Positions 49,707 through 63,060 of a DNA stretch of 64,000 nt are shown in pieces; the stretch's first letter is position 1, and each line of letters opens with the position of its first letter. The notes under the pieces were generated by a model. The model was not told the origin of the DNA. It worked only from the letters and a program-made list of their open reading frames with translations, and did not search any database. Source of the stretch: Chiloscyllium plagiosum (taxonomy: Eukaryota). Both the position numbers and the translations under genes were made by a program. The DNA lies in NCBI RefSeq assembly GCF_004010195.1, contig NC_057718.1:82152458-82216457 (forward strand), in the 5' to 3' direction.

Positions 49707-52405
49707 CGGGTCGGTGTGGACTTGTTGGGCCAAAGGACCTGTTTCCACACTGTAATGTAATGTAATGTAATCTAAAATCTCCCTGCCAGTATATTAGTCC
49801 CCTTCCAATTTAGTTGCAATCCGTCCTTCTTGTACAGGTCACTTCTAACCCAAAAGTGACCAAATCTGCAGTATGTGTTGGTTGCTCGAGGAACTGCAGC
49901 TCAGAGTTGATTACCTGCAGTCTGAGCTTTGAATAGGGTGAACAGTGTATATCAGGAGGCAGTCACACTCCTTAGAATTACTTCTATCAGTGGTCAGGGA
50001 CAGGAGGATGGGGTACAGGTGAGGCACGTAGAAGGATTCAGGAGGTAGCCTCAGCCCTTGAGCTTGTGTGGCATGAGTTGTGTGGTTGAGAGTGGAATTG
50101 TAGGGTGGATGAGCAAACTGAACATAGCATTGTGGTACAGAGAGCCATTCAAGAGGTGCGAGAAAATAGAAATGTAGTTATAATTGAGGATAATATAGTT
50201 GGGGGAATAGAAACTATTTTGTCACCAGATTTGAGAGTCCTGAAAGCTTTGTGGCTTGGTGCCATGGTTCAGGATGTCTCATCTGGGCTTGGAGTGGGAG
50301 AGAAAAGATCCAGTTGTCATGGTCTACGTAAATACCAACAATTACAGTAGAAAAAGGAAAGAGGTTATGAGCAGCTAGGGGCTAAATTTAAAAGAACCAA
50401 AAAGTTAACAACATCAGATTATTACTTGACCAACAAACTAGTTGATACAGAGTCAACAAGATTAAAGAGGTAAACATATAACTCAAGATTGGTGTGGGGA
50501 AAAGGGGTTCAAATTCTTGGGACATTGGCACCAGTAGTGGGAAGGAGGAAGCTTCACCTGAATCATGCTGGAACCAGTGTCCTGGCGAACTATGTAACTA
50601 GGGCTGTGGATCAGACTTTAAATTAAATAGTGGGGGGTAGATTCAGTTGCATTGAAAAGATTAAAAGGGCGGAGGGCTCAACAGAATTGCTCTGAGGAGG
50701 GGTCACTGGACCTGAAATGTTAACTCTGATTTCTCTTCACAGATGCTGCCAGACCTGCTGAGCTTTTGCAGCAATGTCTGTTTTTGTGCCTGATTTACGA
50801 CATTTGCAGTTCTTTAAGTTTTTATTTAGTAGGACACAGAGTATGGAAAGGGATCAGGAATCTAACTTCAGGCACAACAGATGAGGGGACAACTATGAGA
50901 AGGGGACTGTCAGTGTACGTAAGAGGATGTTGTATTTAAATGCATGCAGTATATAAAACAATGTAAATGACCTTGTAATGCAGATTGAAATTGGCATGTA
51001 CAAAGTTGTGGGTATCACAGACATGTGGCTGCAAGGGATCAAGAGCCAGAAAACATAGAACCTATTTGGGCAGAGTTGAGAAACTGCAATGGGAAAAAGA
51101 TCTTGATGGGAGTTGTGTACGCCTCCAAGCAGTAGTCAAGATGCGGGGAAGAAAATAAATCAAGATATGGAAAGGGCATGTAGGAAAGGCACAATTACAA
51201 TAATCATGGAGGAATTCAATATGCAGGTGGACTTGAAAAATCAAGTTGGTAATAGATCTCAAGAAAAGGAATTCATGGTTTTCTGGAGCAGCTTTTGGTA
51301 AAGTCCACTAGGGAACAGGCAATTCTTGGCATCGCAGACTTGATGAGGGAGCTTAAGGTGAAAGAACATCTAGGAAGCAGTGACCACAATATGAAAGAAT
51401 TCAGCCTACAGTTTGAGGAATGAACATTGAATCAACAAGAAAGACATGAGGGAGGAGCTGGAAAGGAAACCTAGCAGGAGTTTCTGGAGGTAATTTGGGA
51501 GGCACAACAGAAATTCATCAAAAAAGAAGAAACATACTGAGGGCTGAATGAGGCAACCATGGACAGCATAAAAGCAAAAGAAAAGCTTAGAATGTGGTGA
51601 AAATTAATGGGAAGCTGTTAAAAGCAGAAGGGGATAACTAAAATAGCAGTAAGGATGGACAAGATGAAATATGAGAGCAAGCTAGTTAGTAATATAAAAG
51701 AAGATTGCAAGATCTCTTAAAAAGTAGGAGAGAAGCAAGAGTGGACATTTCACCACTGGGAAATGAGGCTGGAGAAATAATAACAGGGAACAATGAAATG
51801 TCGGAAGAATTTAATAGGTATTTTGCATTGGTTTTCACAGTAGAAGATACCAGTAGCACACCACAGCTTCAAGAGCTAAGGTGCAGGGATGAGTGCACTG
51901 GCTCTCCCTAAAGAGCAGGTGCTGAGGAAGCTGGAAAGTCTGAATGTGAGTAAGTAAGTCACCTAGACCAGATGGACTACACTCCAGACTTCTGAAAGAG
52001 ATAGCTGAGGCAATTGTAAAGGTCTTGATGGTGATCTTTCAGGAATCACTGGAGTCAAGAAGAGTCCCAGAGGACTGGAAAATGGTTAATGTAATACCCC
52101 AGTTTAAGAAGAGAAGGATGCAGAAGGTTGAAAACTCTAGGTCAGTTAACCTGATCTCAGTCATTGGTAACATTTTAGAGCCTATTATTAAGATGAGATT
52201 GTAGAGTACTTGGAGGTGCAATGTAAAATAGGGCTGAGTCAACACTCCTTTCTATAGGAGAGGTCATGTCTGACAAATCTGCTAGAATTCTTTGAGGTAA
52301 TGAGCAAGTTACTGAAAAGCCAGTAGATGGGATTGATTTGATTTCCAGAAGGCCCTTGACAAGATGCCGCACAGGAGGCTGCTAAATGAGATAAGAGCCC
52401 ATAGT

Positions 52406-52719
52406 CCCAAACAAAAACAAATTGCTGCAAAAGCGCAGCAGGTCTGGCAGCATCTGGGGAGAGAAATCAGAGTAAACTATTCTCTCTGTTTGGGGTCTAA
52501 CCCCAGCTATCGTTTACCCCTTCTTTCCCCCCCCCCCCCAACTTTATGTTCTGCATATAAACTGACATTTTCCTAGTTACCATCAATTCTGAGAAAGAGT
52601 CACTCAAGCAGAAATGTTATCTCTGATTTTCCTCTGCAGATACTGCCAGACTTGCTGTGGTTTTACAGCAATTTCTGTTTTTGTTTCTGATTTACAGCAG
52701 CCGCAGTTTTTTCGGTTTC
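52406..52719. mobile_element. Fold-back element of a second PLE-terminus family inside a CR1
   Basis: Inverted arms CAGCAGGTCTGGCAGCATCTG / CAGATACTGCCAGACTTGCTG. TSD TAAGAGCCCAT at 52392-52402 and 52720-52730. Relatives at about 12820-12940, 39155-39330, 50690-50830 and 57535-57740. Confidence 0.7.
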
Positions 52720-53310
52720 TAAGAGCCCATGGTGTTCGAGATAAGGTACTGATATGCATTAACTGACTGGCAGAAAGCAGAGATTGGAGATAAAGGGGTG
52801 TTTTTTGATGGCAGCCGGTGACTAGTGGAGTTCTGCAGTGGTCCATGCTGGGACCACAACTATACACATTATGCATTAATAATCTGGTCAAAGAAACCGG
52901 AAGCATTGTAGCTAAGTTTGCAGATGACACAAAGATAGAGGAGCAGATGGTTTTTGAGAAAACAGGGGGACTGCAGAAGGACTTGAACAGCCTAGAAAAG
53001 TGAGCAAACAAGTGGCAGATGGAATACAATCTGGGAAAGTGTGAGGTTATATGCTTTGGTAGGAAAAATGAGGTGTAGGCTATTTTCTAAATGGGAAAAG
53101 GCTTCAGTGATCTGACGCACAAAGGGACTTGGGAGTCCTAGCTCAGGCTTCTCTTGAGGTTAACATGCAGGTTCAGTTGGCAGTTAGGAAGCCAAATGCA
53201 ATGTTTGTGCGAAGATTTGTAGCTCGGGTGCTCGTTGCTGTGGTTCTGTTCGCCGAGCTGGAAGTTTTTGTTGCAAACATTTCGTCCCCTGGCTAGGCGA
53301 CATCATCAGT

Positions 53311-54101
53311 NNNNNNNNNNNNNNNNNNNNNNNNNNNNNNNNNNNNNNNNNNNNNNNNNNNNNNNNNNNNNNNNNNNNNNNNNNNNNNNNNNNNNNNNNN
53401 NNNNNNNNNNNNNNNNNNNNNNNNNNNNNNNNNNNNNNNNNNNNNNNNNNNNNNNNNNNNNNNNNNNNNNNNNNNNNNNNNNNNNNNNNNNNNNNNNNNN
53501 NNNNNNNNNNNNNNNNNNNNNNNNNNNNNNNNNNNNNNNNNNNNNNNNNNNNNNNNNNNNNNNNNNNNNNNNNNNNNNNNNNNNNNNNNNNNNNNNNNNN
53601 NNNNNNNNNNNNNNNNNNNNNNNNNNNNNNNNNNNNNNNNNNNNNNNNNNNNNNNNNNNNNNNNNNNNNNNNNNNNNNNNNNNNNNNNNNNNNNNNNNNN
53701 NNNNNNNNNNNNNNNNNNNNNNNNNNNNNNNNNNNNNNNNNNNNNNNNNNNNNNNNNNNNNNNNNNNNNNNNNNNNNNNNNNNNNNNNNNNNNNNNNNNN
53801 NNNNNNNNNNNNNNNNNNNNNNNNNNNNNNNNNNNNNNNNNNNNNNNNNNNNNNNNNNNNNNNNNNNNNNNNNNNNNNNNNNNNNNNNNNNNNNNNNNNN
53901 NNNNNNNNNNNNNNNNNNNNNNNNNNNNNNNNNNNNNNNNNNNNNNNNNNNNNNNNNNNNNNNNNNNNNNNNNNNNNNNNNNNNNNNNNNNNNNNNNNNN
54001 NNNNNNNNNNNNNNNNNNNNNNNNNNNNNNNNNNNNNNNNNNNNNNNNNNNNNNNNNNNNNNNNNNNNNNNNNNNNNNNNNNNNNNNNNNNNNNNNNNNN
54101 N
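53311..54101. other. Assembly gap
   Basis: Run of N between inverted repeat arms. Confidence 1.
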
Positions 54102-54164
54102 AGGGACAGGCCACTATAAACACCGGAGGAAACATCAAAGAAGCGCTTCGCAGGAGGCTCCCAA

Positions 54165-54204
54165 GCACTGATGATGTCGCCTAGCCAGGGGACGAAACGT
54201 TTGC
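54165..54204 (+). ncRNA. Minimal type I hammerhead ribozyme motif, intact core
   Basis: gca-CTGATGA-T-GTCgCCT-agcc-AGGgGAC-GAAA-CG-T-T-tgc. Stem I gca/tgc and palindromic ACGT. An inverted copy with ACGT>ATGT lies at 53273-53310 (-). Confidence 0.8.
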
Positions 54205-55499
54205 AACAAAAACTTCCAGCTCGGTGAACAGAACCACAGCAGCCAAATGCAATGCTTGCATTCATTTCAAGAAGGCTAGAATATAAGAACAGAAATGCAT
54301 TGCTGAAGCTGTATAAAGGTCAAGAGTGTGGTCCTGGAAAAACAGAGCAGACTAGGTAGCATTCGAGGAGCAGGAGAATCAACGTTTCGGGCATAAGCCC
54401 TTCATCATTCTTGACTGCAGTTGTCCAGACCTGCTTTGCTGCTGAGCCAAGGTAAGTCAGGATGAGAGTGTGAGGCTGATGATGTCCAATTCTCCTTCAA
54501 TCTGATCCATTTCAGACATGTCATGTTAATTTTTGTATCTACCATCTGCCATCCATCATCTACTTGTCACAAGTCTGAGGACGATTGGCAACAAAAGTTG
54601 CAGGTGTGGACTTAGCTACAGTTGTAACTGAACCTGCATTCAAGTGGTTTTAAGGCTATAAGGACTTTTTACTGGAAGGAAGCAGAAATGGAACCTGTTA
54701 GCACCTAGAGCATGTGTGCATCCTTTTCAGGACCACACTGCCCAGCTCCCTAGTATTAGGAAGGAGCTGAAACTGCCCTAAATATTGTATGCTTCATCTC
54801 CAGCCATGGCTGTCAGAGGTCCCAAGAACACAAATGTAAATATATCTCCAAGTAAGGATCACACCATTTACCGTTAGTACACAAAGTATTTTATGGTAAA
54901 TGTTATAGTCAGACCTGAGAGAGGTACTTCTCATTGGTAGAGTGCTGGCATGTTATCCAGATCACCACTCTTCTCACTTCTAGAGTAGGATTAGTTCAAG
55001 GAAGTCGGTGCATGTTACATTTTCTTTTCGAGTAGTGTAGAAAAGAAGAACAGTGCAAAGCTGTTGTGTCATGAACCATCTCACCAATTAGTGACTTGCC
55101 TTCTCAAGGGTGTTAAATATCACCTAATGGTATTTAAACTTCCCCTCCATGGCAATAAGCAACTTCTGTTGGTGTGTACATCCCCTTCCATGATCTACCA
55201 AATCAAGAACTAATTCTATGATGAACTCCAATTCTTGTGTCAAGCTAATTATTTTTGATGACTTCAGATCAGATGGCGGGACATAAACTAGGCACTGAAA
55301 TGTTTGTCTGAGCTGGCATACTAAGTATCCACATTATATTGAAGTAATTGCAACTGAGTTGAGCTGACTTTATAACCAGGCTACCTGACACTCATTTACT
55401 AAAGCAAATTGTTTGAGAACACTTGTGCATTTTCATGGTCAAACAAAAACACTCCGACAACACTCTCAAGGTTTCAGCTAGGAGTTTTGGTGTTGACCT

Positions 55500-57040
55500 A
55501 GAAACAGAACATTACAATGCAGTATAGGCTCTTCGGCCCTCGATGTTGCGCCGACCTTTGAAAATAATCTGATGCCCATCTAACCTACACCATTCCATTA
55601 TTATCCATATGTTAGTCCAATGCTCATTTAAATGCCCTTAGCGTCGGCAAGTCTACTACTGTTGCAGGCAGGCTGTTCCACATTCCTACTATTCTCTGAG
55701 TAAAGAAACTACTCTTAATGTCTGTCCTAAAGCTATCACCCCTCAATTTAAAGCTATGTCCCCTCATGTTAGCCTTCACGATCTGAGGAAAAAGGCTCTC
55801 GCTGCCCACCCTACCTAACCCTCTGATTATTTTATACATCTCGATTAAGCGACCTCTCGACCTCTCAACCTCCTTCTCTCCAATGAAAACAGCCTCAGTT
55901 CCCTCAGCCTTTCCTTGTAAGACCTTCCTTCCATACCAGGCAACATTCTAGTAAATCTCTTCTGAATCCTTTCCAAAGCTTCCACATCCTTCCTACAATG
56001 TGGTGACCAGAACTGCATGCAATACTCCAGGTGTGGCCTTACCAATGTCTTGTACAGCTGAAGCATGACCTCTGGCTCCGAAACTCAATTCTCCTATCAA
56101 TAAATGCCAATACACCATATGTCTTCTTAACAACCCTATCAACTTGGATGGCACCTTTCAGGGATTTATGCACCAGGACACCGAGACCTTTCTGTTCATC
56201 CACACTGCCATTAGCCTAGTACTCTGCATTCCTGTTACTTCTGAAGTGAACTACCTCACACTTTTCCATGTTATCTCCATTTGCCACTTCTCAGCCCAGC
56301 TCTGCATCTTATCTATGTCCCTCTGTAACTCTCAACATCCTTTAACACTATCCACAACTCTGCCTACCTTAGTGTCATCTGCAAAGTTACTAACCCATTC
56401 TTCTACACCCACTTGCAGATCATTTATAAAAATGACAAACAGCCGTGGCCCCAAAACAGATCCTTGTGGAACACCATTGGTAACAGCTCCAGGAGGAACA
56501 TTTCCTATAAAACTACCCTCTCTATTCTTTCAGCTCGCCAATTTCTGATCCAAACTGCGAAATCACCATCAATTCTGAAACTCTATTATGTGCAATAGCC
56601 TACCATGTGGAACCTTATCAAATGCCTTACCAAAGTCCAATTACACCACAGCAACCGCTTTACCTACATCCACCTGTTTTGTCACCTTCTCGAAGAACTC
56701 AATACGGTTAGTGAGGCACGAGTTACCCTTCACAAAACCGTGTTGACTATCCCTAATCAAATTATTCCTTTGGTTATAAATCCTACCTCTTATAACCTTT
56801 CCACAGCCTTACCCATAACTGAAGTAAAACTCACTGGCCTATAATTACCAGGGTTGTCCCGACTACCCTTCTTAAACAAGGGAACAACATCAACACTACT
56901 CCTGTCGACAACGATGACATAAAGATCGAAGGCCAAAGGCTCTGCATTCTCCTCCCTGGCTTCCCAAATAATCCGAGGATAAATCCCATCCAGCCCAGTG
57001 TTCTTATCTATTTTCAGCTCTTCCAAAATTGCTAAAAACT
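55500..57040 (-). mobile_element. CR1 LINE, RT to 3' end
   Basis: [37 protein letters not shown] and FFTQRIVGMWNSLP. Confidence 0.9.
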
Positions 57041-60000
57041 CATCTTTGTCACTTGGGGAAAAGCTCACTCAAGATCAATGTACCTAGAACAAACAAATAG
57101 AAAATGGGTCCTCTTTCAAATTGAGTACTTATGAAAAGCAGAGAGAAATGCAGTAAGAGGGAATCCTGTTCCAGCAACTTGTCCAAAACTCAACTCAATT
57201 CCCTCATTATCACTTTCTATTTGAGAGTGTCTGATTGGTCTTAGTAGTCATCTACAAAGCCACTAGAACTCTATCAAACATCCCTGATGTTGAATATAGT
57301 TAGTTTTAACTCAAAGAATAAACAGTGATTCAATTACTTGGTTTTAAGTAAGGTGACTGAATCATGTGTGGTTCAAAGGAAGTCTACTAACAATGTTTTT
57401 CTGATTTTTTTTGGAATGTTTTACAAGGTGTTTACAGCACAAAAAGGCCATTCAGCCCATCAGATCTATACTGATGTTCATGCTCCACACACACTTTCTT
57501 CTATCCTCTTCATTTAACCTCAGCAACATCATTTTATAAAAGCAAAAATGTTGGAGAAGCACCACATTTGATTGAATTGTCAGAGCCATTCCAAAGAAAT
57601 TATATCAGACTAAAAATGTTAACTTAGTTTCTCTCTCTATATGTGCTGCCAGGCCTGCTGAGTGTCTCCAGCTTCTGTTTTCTCCAGCATTTTCTGGTTT
57701 CATTTCAGATTTCCAGCAGCTGCAGTGCTTTATTTTCATTTAAGCATACTCTTTTAGCCCTTTTCTCATTCGTGTGCATATCTAGGTTCCACTTAAAGCA
57801 TCTGTACAATTTACCTCACTTCATTTTGATAGCACATTTCACATCTTGTACATTCTTGAATAAAAAGCTTCAATTTGATGCGATCCTCGCAAAAAAGTCT
57901 GGTAGCAATAGGGGAAAAAAGGGCTGAATTTTAGGTCTAAATCAAATGCGTAGTCCATGTCAGGAAGAATGAGAGACTCACTAAATGAATCTCTTGAAAA
58001 GGATGTAGAGCAAAGTTGTCACTGACATCATTTTGTTCAATACCTTTATTGTTAGCGTGTTGAACGACAATGCTGCAAAAACAGGATGAAGGACACTCAA
58101 ATCCATGCCAAGTGAGTAATGCCCAAACTGACCTCTGAGGATTCCCTGGTTTCAACCATCTTCAAAGATAGTGGACTGTATCCAACCAAATTTTCAAAAA
58201 GCATGATGATGCCAGCTGCTCCTCAAGTGCAAGAAGAGACCAGACCTGAAGTACAAGTGCTGCCGTACGGCCGTACGTTCCCGACAATGGAACATATTTC
58301 AACCTGTCCAATTACTTCTATTATAGGGAGCACCTCATTTTTCTACGAAGCATCCTAGGAGGCCATTAGATGAATAGCCAAACTTGATATTTATTGTTTG
58401 CTGTTCTCATATGAAAATAAAAGAAGGAAACAGACTGTTTTATTCCAGTGATACCTCCTGGTCAGTAGAATTGTCATTTGATGTGCACTTTGCTCACCAT
58501 GTTGAACAATACTTTAACCAATAGGATCTGTTATGTGTCCCAAGGGTGGCATTATCGCTGTACAGAGCTTAAAGGAGGATGTTGCAGATATTGATTAGAA
58601 GATTCAAGCAGTACTCATTCCATAGTTGACATAGCAACATGTGAAGGTGCTAATTGATGCCAAAGTTTTGAACACAATTATTTGGAGCCATACTGAGATG
58701 AATGGAGGTTCATCTGGTATCCGCATCTTCTTTAATGACCACAAAGCACCAATGAAGGTTAGGTTTATGTGCAAGTCGGGTGTTTAAATAGTTTTTATGC
58801 TAAGAGTTCTCAGACAGATTTTACCAGATGTCCATCAGCTCATTTTGAAGATCCAAGTCCAAAACATTTGGCAAAAGGAACAAATAGTCACAGCGTAGGA
58901 GGGAGGGCTCCAAACTACTTGTGCCTTTGTAATGGACATTAGTTTCTTTGCTAAAGTCTGCCATTTTAAGACGTGGATTATACTTAGCTGCTGTGTTAGC
59001 CTGGTAACAGGTGCTAAACTTGCACATCAAGAGGATTTGCTCATCATTAATTATTCTGCATAGATTATTTTATAACATTGAAATTGTCCTGTGCACTTCA
59101 GTCCTTTCCAAGTTTAACTGTTCCAATACTGTTGGTTTTATGAAGGATAAATATTGTCCTGTGTACCAACAGAACTCCCATGCTGTCCTTTGCAATAATG
59201 GCCACTTTTTTTTTAAAGGGCAATTAGGATTTCAGTTTAACATTCCCAGATGAAACACAGTGCAGTTCTCCTTCAGTACTACATTGGAGTTTCAGCTTGA
59301 AATAGACACAAGTCTCTGGAATGATACCTGAACTCATGATCTTCTATTTCAGAGTCACAATAAATAGGCAGATGGACCTCTTGTTGTGAGTAGATGAGGA
59401 CAAGATATTGTCCTTGCACATCAATACACCAAACAGCTGAAGACCAACAGTAAACCTGGTCAGAAAGAACCAAGTACCAACTTGGAAAGCCAGGGTAGAT
59501 TACCATGTCATAAGAATGAAGAGTACTGTTGGGGGATACTGGGTCATTGACAGCGTACCAAATGGTCCAAAGCAACACCGTAGACCTTTGGTGCCTAGTG
59601 TATTTTTTCTTTGGATATTTGCCACTCCCAGGTGATTATATGGTTGGGAGAGTGAGGGACAAGAGGATCTAGTCATGAATGAGGGGTGGCCTTCATGCAC
59701 CCATTCGTATTTTCCTATTTGTCAATTTTGTATATTCATAGGACCTGAAGTGCTGATGTGTGCTTCAAAGCTTTGAACTCCCAATGTAAAGCTATGCAAT
59801 TATTTAATAAGTGAGAATATTACCCAGACACTCCCAAGAAAATAAACAGGAATGGGACCACCCACTAATTTTGCCTGAAGTGAGATTGGGGAGCTGTAAT
59901 TATCTTCAGAAATGGAAATCAATTGCATGGTTGAAATATTTTTATAATTACATTTTCTGCCTCTCAATTAGTTTTAGTGGATGCTTGCCCACAAAGTGGA

Positions 60001-60869
60001 TATATATTTCATCACAACCGAGCAGCTTCCAGCTAGTTGTCTTTAACCATTGACTCTCTATTATTGAGATAAACTAAAGGATTGGTTGATTTAGGTCAGC
60101 AAATGATGATGGTTAGATGACTCATTTACTCAGAAATCTATATTATTCATTGTTCAGTTACATCAGCCAATCAGAAGTGCTAATATCAGATCTAAATCAA
60201 TATTGCTATCAAACAAAGAGATACCTGAGATACACTTATGAATGTTGACAAAAATAATCTTTTAAAATTTCATGCTGAGAGATGCAGTTGGCATCCCTCT
60301 GGATCGTATCTGAGCCAAAATGGTGAAGTTTATCAGGTTATTCAACTATAAAACATTTCGAGAATGCCTGATCCTATCTTCACACAATGTTGACATGAAG
60401 AGCTTTTCGGCAAGGATGGAGGTGGGAGGGCATTATATCATGATTATAAACAGGAATCTATCGCCTGATTTTTCTCCAAACTAAAACACCAACCACTTTT
60501 AATTGTTGACAACCTAATTGAGTACAATTTGTTCATTCGTTTTTACCATAGCTGAAGCATCATCTTGCTTCTTCTCTGTCTTAATTAAAGCATCCCTTGA
60601 TCGATGTCTCAATATTATCCATCCATCCAATTTTTATTCTTCCATCTCTGTTTTACCCTTAGTTTCAGAACAAGTCTGTCAGTTCTCTGTTTCCAATGTT
60701 CTGCCTGATTTTCTCCTTGTTTTTGCTTTGTGTGAAGAGTTCTGTTGTTCAACAATTGCTTGGTCACTGGTGGTGGAGGACACAGTGGACACTTGCTTCA
60801 GAGTTGGAGTGCAAGGTAAACAAAATGCCTGCCTCCATATTAGGTTTTGGCCTGAAAATTGGCCACCTT

Positions 60870-60997
60870 TCCTGAAGAAGGGCTTATGCCCGAAATGTCG
60901 ATTCTCCTGTTCCTTGGATGCTGCCTGACCTGCTGCGCTTTTCCAGCAACACATTTTCAGCTCTGATCTCCAGCATCTGCAGTCCTCACTTTCTCCT
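60870..60997 (+). mobile_element. Single-arm PLE-terminus element
   Basis: CTGAAGAAGGGCTTATGCCCGAAATGTC...CAGTCCTCACTTTCTCC, same family as 30773. Confidence 0.75.
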
Positions 60998-62754
60998 TCA
61001 TCTTTAAATAATGTTTAGTTTAGAAAATTGTAACTATGGCTTTTAAAAATCTGCAGGTTGTGTTGAGGCATCAAGTGGTCACCACATAAAAACAACACAG
61101 TGGAAGTAGGCTGGAGGCCATCATAATATGCAAGATCTTGACTTCACAGGTTTACATCTCCTTTCCAGTAGTAGCTAAGCATGATTAGCTAATTCTGCCC
61201 ACCTTTCTGAGACTGAACCCAAAGAGCAAACAGATCAGCCTTAGCACATCAACCTCTGGGATCAACATGTGCAAATAAAATTTAGAGCTCTTTTTGCAAA
61301 TGTGTAAGTTATGCAATGCTTTTATGAGCTGAGGCATCAGGATAGGTTGAGCTGTGCTGAGCTATAGTCTCAATGTTTTGAAACAATGCCAATATTTTGT
61401 TTAGGTTCATGTCCTGTTACTTTATAATAAGATAACTGGAAAGACAACATTGTAGCTCCATTAGTAACTGTAAGTTTTGGAATCCACAATTAAATACGTT
61501 CACCTCAAGATACTTTTGCAGTTGTGCGTCAGATGATGTTCAAAGGTTTGTCGGTCCAAAGATTTCATTTTGCAGTAGTTAATAGGTGAACAAATCCACT
61601 AATTAAATCACTAACAACTGCAGTAGTTATTAAACGGTTGCTACCAGTGTTTAGAATAGACTATCCAGTCACCATTCCATAGAATGTGGTCAGATACAAA
61701 TGTTTCCCATGACCTTGCTGATTTCTCTTTTGATCTGACATTGTTCTTAAAATATTTTGTCCCATATGCTGTAATGTGTACACGTGTTGAAATGCTGAGA
61801 TCATTATGGTGATTACATTGGTCCACAGTGTTGATGGTAAAGATTGATTATCCATAATGCAAAATGAATCACCCACATGGACACTCGGGGCCACAATGTT
61901 AGCTGGCCACAACAGGCTACAAAAAAAGTCAGTGTATTCACAGGTGATGTCATTATGCCTGGATGCGTATGTATGTACGTTGCTGACATCTCTGTGTTGC
62001 ATGCATTGTGACAGCAGTAGTGTGTGGGCCACAGCCCAACACAAGACCTTTGCAATTTTCTTGGGCATGTTTTATTTTCTAGTAGGGCCTCCCTTGGAAG
62101 TTGCTGTACTTTTTAACCAGCTAGCTGGTGTGTGGTTTGGAAAGAGGGTGACAGAAGCAGTTGGTGAAGGAACCAGGGAGACAAACTGATGAGGAGGAGC
62201 TTCCACTGCCCAGTGGTGCCTTGGCTGCTGTGCTTGCTCTGCTGCCACTATCAGCCCTCTCCGTTGATTGCACTGGCCAGTGAAGGCCCTTCTCAGAGCT
62301 TGGAGGCAACTGCTGTGTGTCAGGAGGTAGTGAGGATGAGCAACAGATTACCATCAGTTCCGCTAAAACGCAGTAGTTCTGTACTCTTGCAATCCCGTGG
62401 GGAAGGGTTTGGAGGTTTGGCCGGGTGCTGGCAGGTGGGACTAGATTGGGTTGGGATATCTGGTCGCCTTGGACAGGTTGGACCGAAGGGTCTGTTTCCA
62501 TGCTGTACATCTCTATAAACAAATTGTGTAATAACAGCACCATTTAAAGTAAAAAGGCCAGAATTGCATTAATACCAATACATTAAAACTTTGCACTTTA
62601 TAAACAGTAACTCCAATTTGTCAATTGTGTTATAGCAAATTCATGTTAATGAAACACGCGAACAACCTGTACAATGTTTTAGACAGTCCTGTATGCCTGC
62701 TATTTTGGACATTGTGACTATACTTTTGCAATACTATTTACCTTGTGTCTACGT

Positions 62755-63060
62755 TTTAGATTAGATTACATTACATTACATTACATTACAGTGTGGAAAC
62801 AGGCCCTTCGGCCCAACAAGTCCACACCGACCCGCCGAAGCGAAACCCACCCATACCCCTACATTTACCCCTTACTTAACACTACGGGCAATTTAGCATG
62901 GCCAATTCACCTGACCCTGCACATCTTTGGACTGTGGGAGGAAACCGGAGCACCCGGAGGAAACCCACGTAGACACGGGGAGAACGTGCAAACTCCACAC
63001 AGTCAGTCGCCTGAGGCAGGAATTGAACCCAGGTCTCAGGCGCTGTGAGGCAGCAGTGCT
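62755..63060 (-). mobile_element. HE1-like V-SINE (tRNA-derived head, V core, CR1-like tail)
   Basis: B-box GGTTCAATTCC, core GTGGAGTTTGCACGTTCTCCCCGTGTCT..GGTTTCCTCCCACAGTCCAAAGA, and a (TAATG)n/TAATC tail. Partial copies at 29785-29990(-) and 49707-49775(+). Confidence 0.85.

Larger units (their letters stand above)
53204..54240. mobile_element. Young Penelope-like insertion (inverted pseudo-LTRs, interior in an assembly gap) inside a CR1
   Basis: Near-identical inverted arms. Perfect TSD AGCCAAATGCAATG at 53190-53203 and 54241-54254. Confidence 0.8.
49860..54318 (+). mobile_element. Long decayed CR1 LINE interrupted by three PLE-type insertions
   Basis: ORF1-like 5' part, then YLNAxS, PEDWKMVNV, SCLTNLLEFFE and KFADDTKI remnants in order. 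Confidence 0.8.

Noticed and set aside
47135..54265. Long ORF-track entries containing X runs
   Set aside because: Artefacts of reading through N gaps.
57900..58800. Possible coding or RT-like fragments (PQRSVWALL, YSDNATL)
   Set aside because: Too decayed and out of order to assign. Probably old retroelement debris rather than a host gene.
61661..62068. 135-aa minus-strand ORF
   Set aside because: No recognisable motif or splice context, and nothing supports coding.
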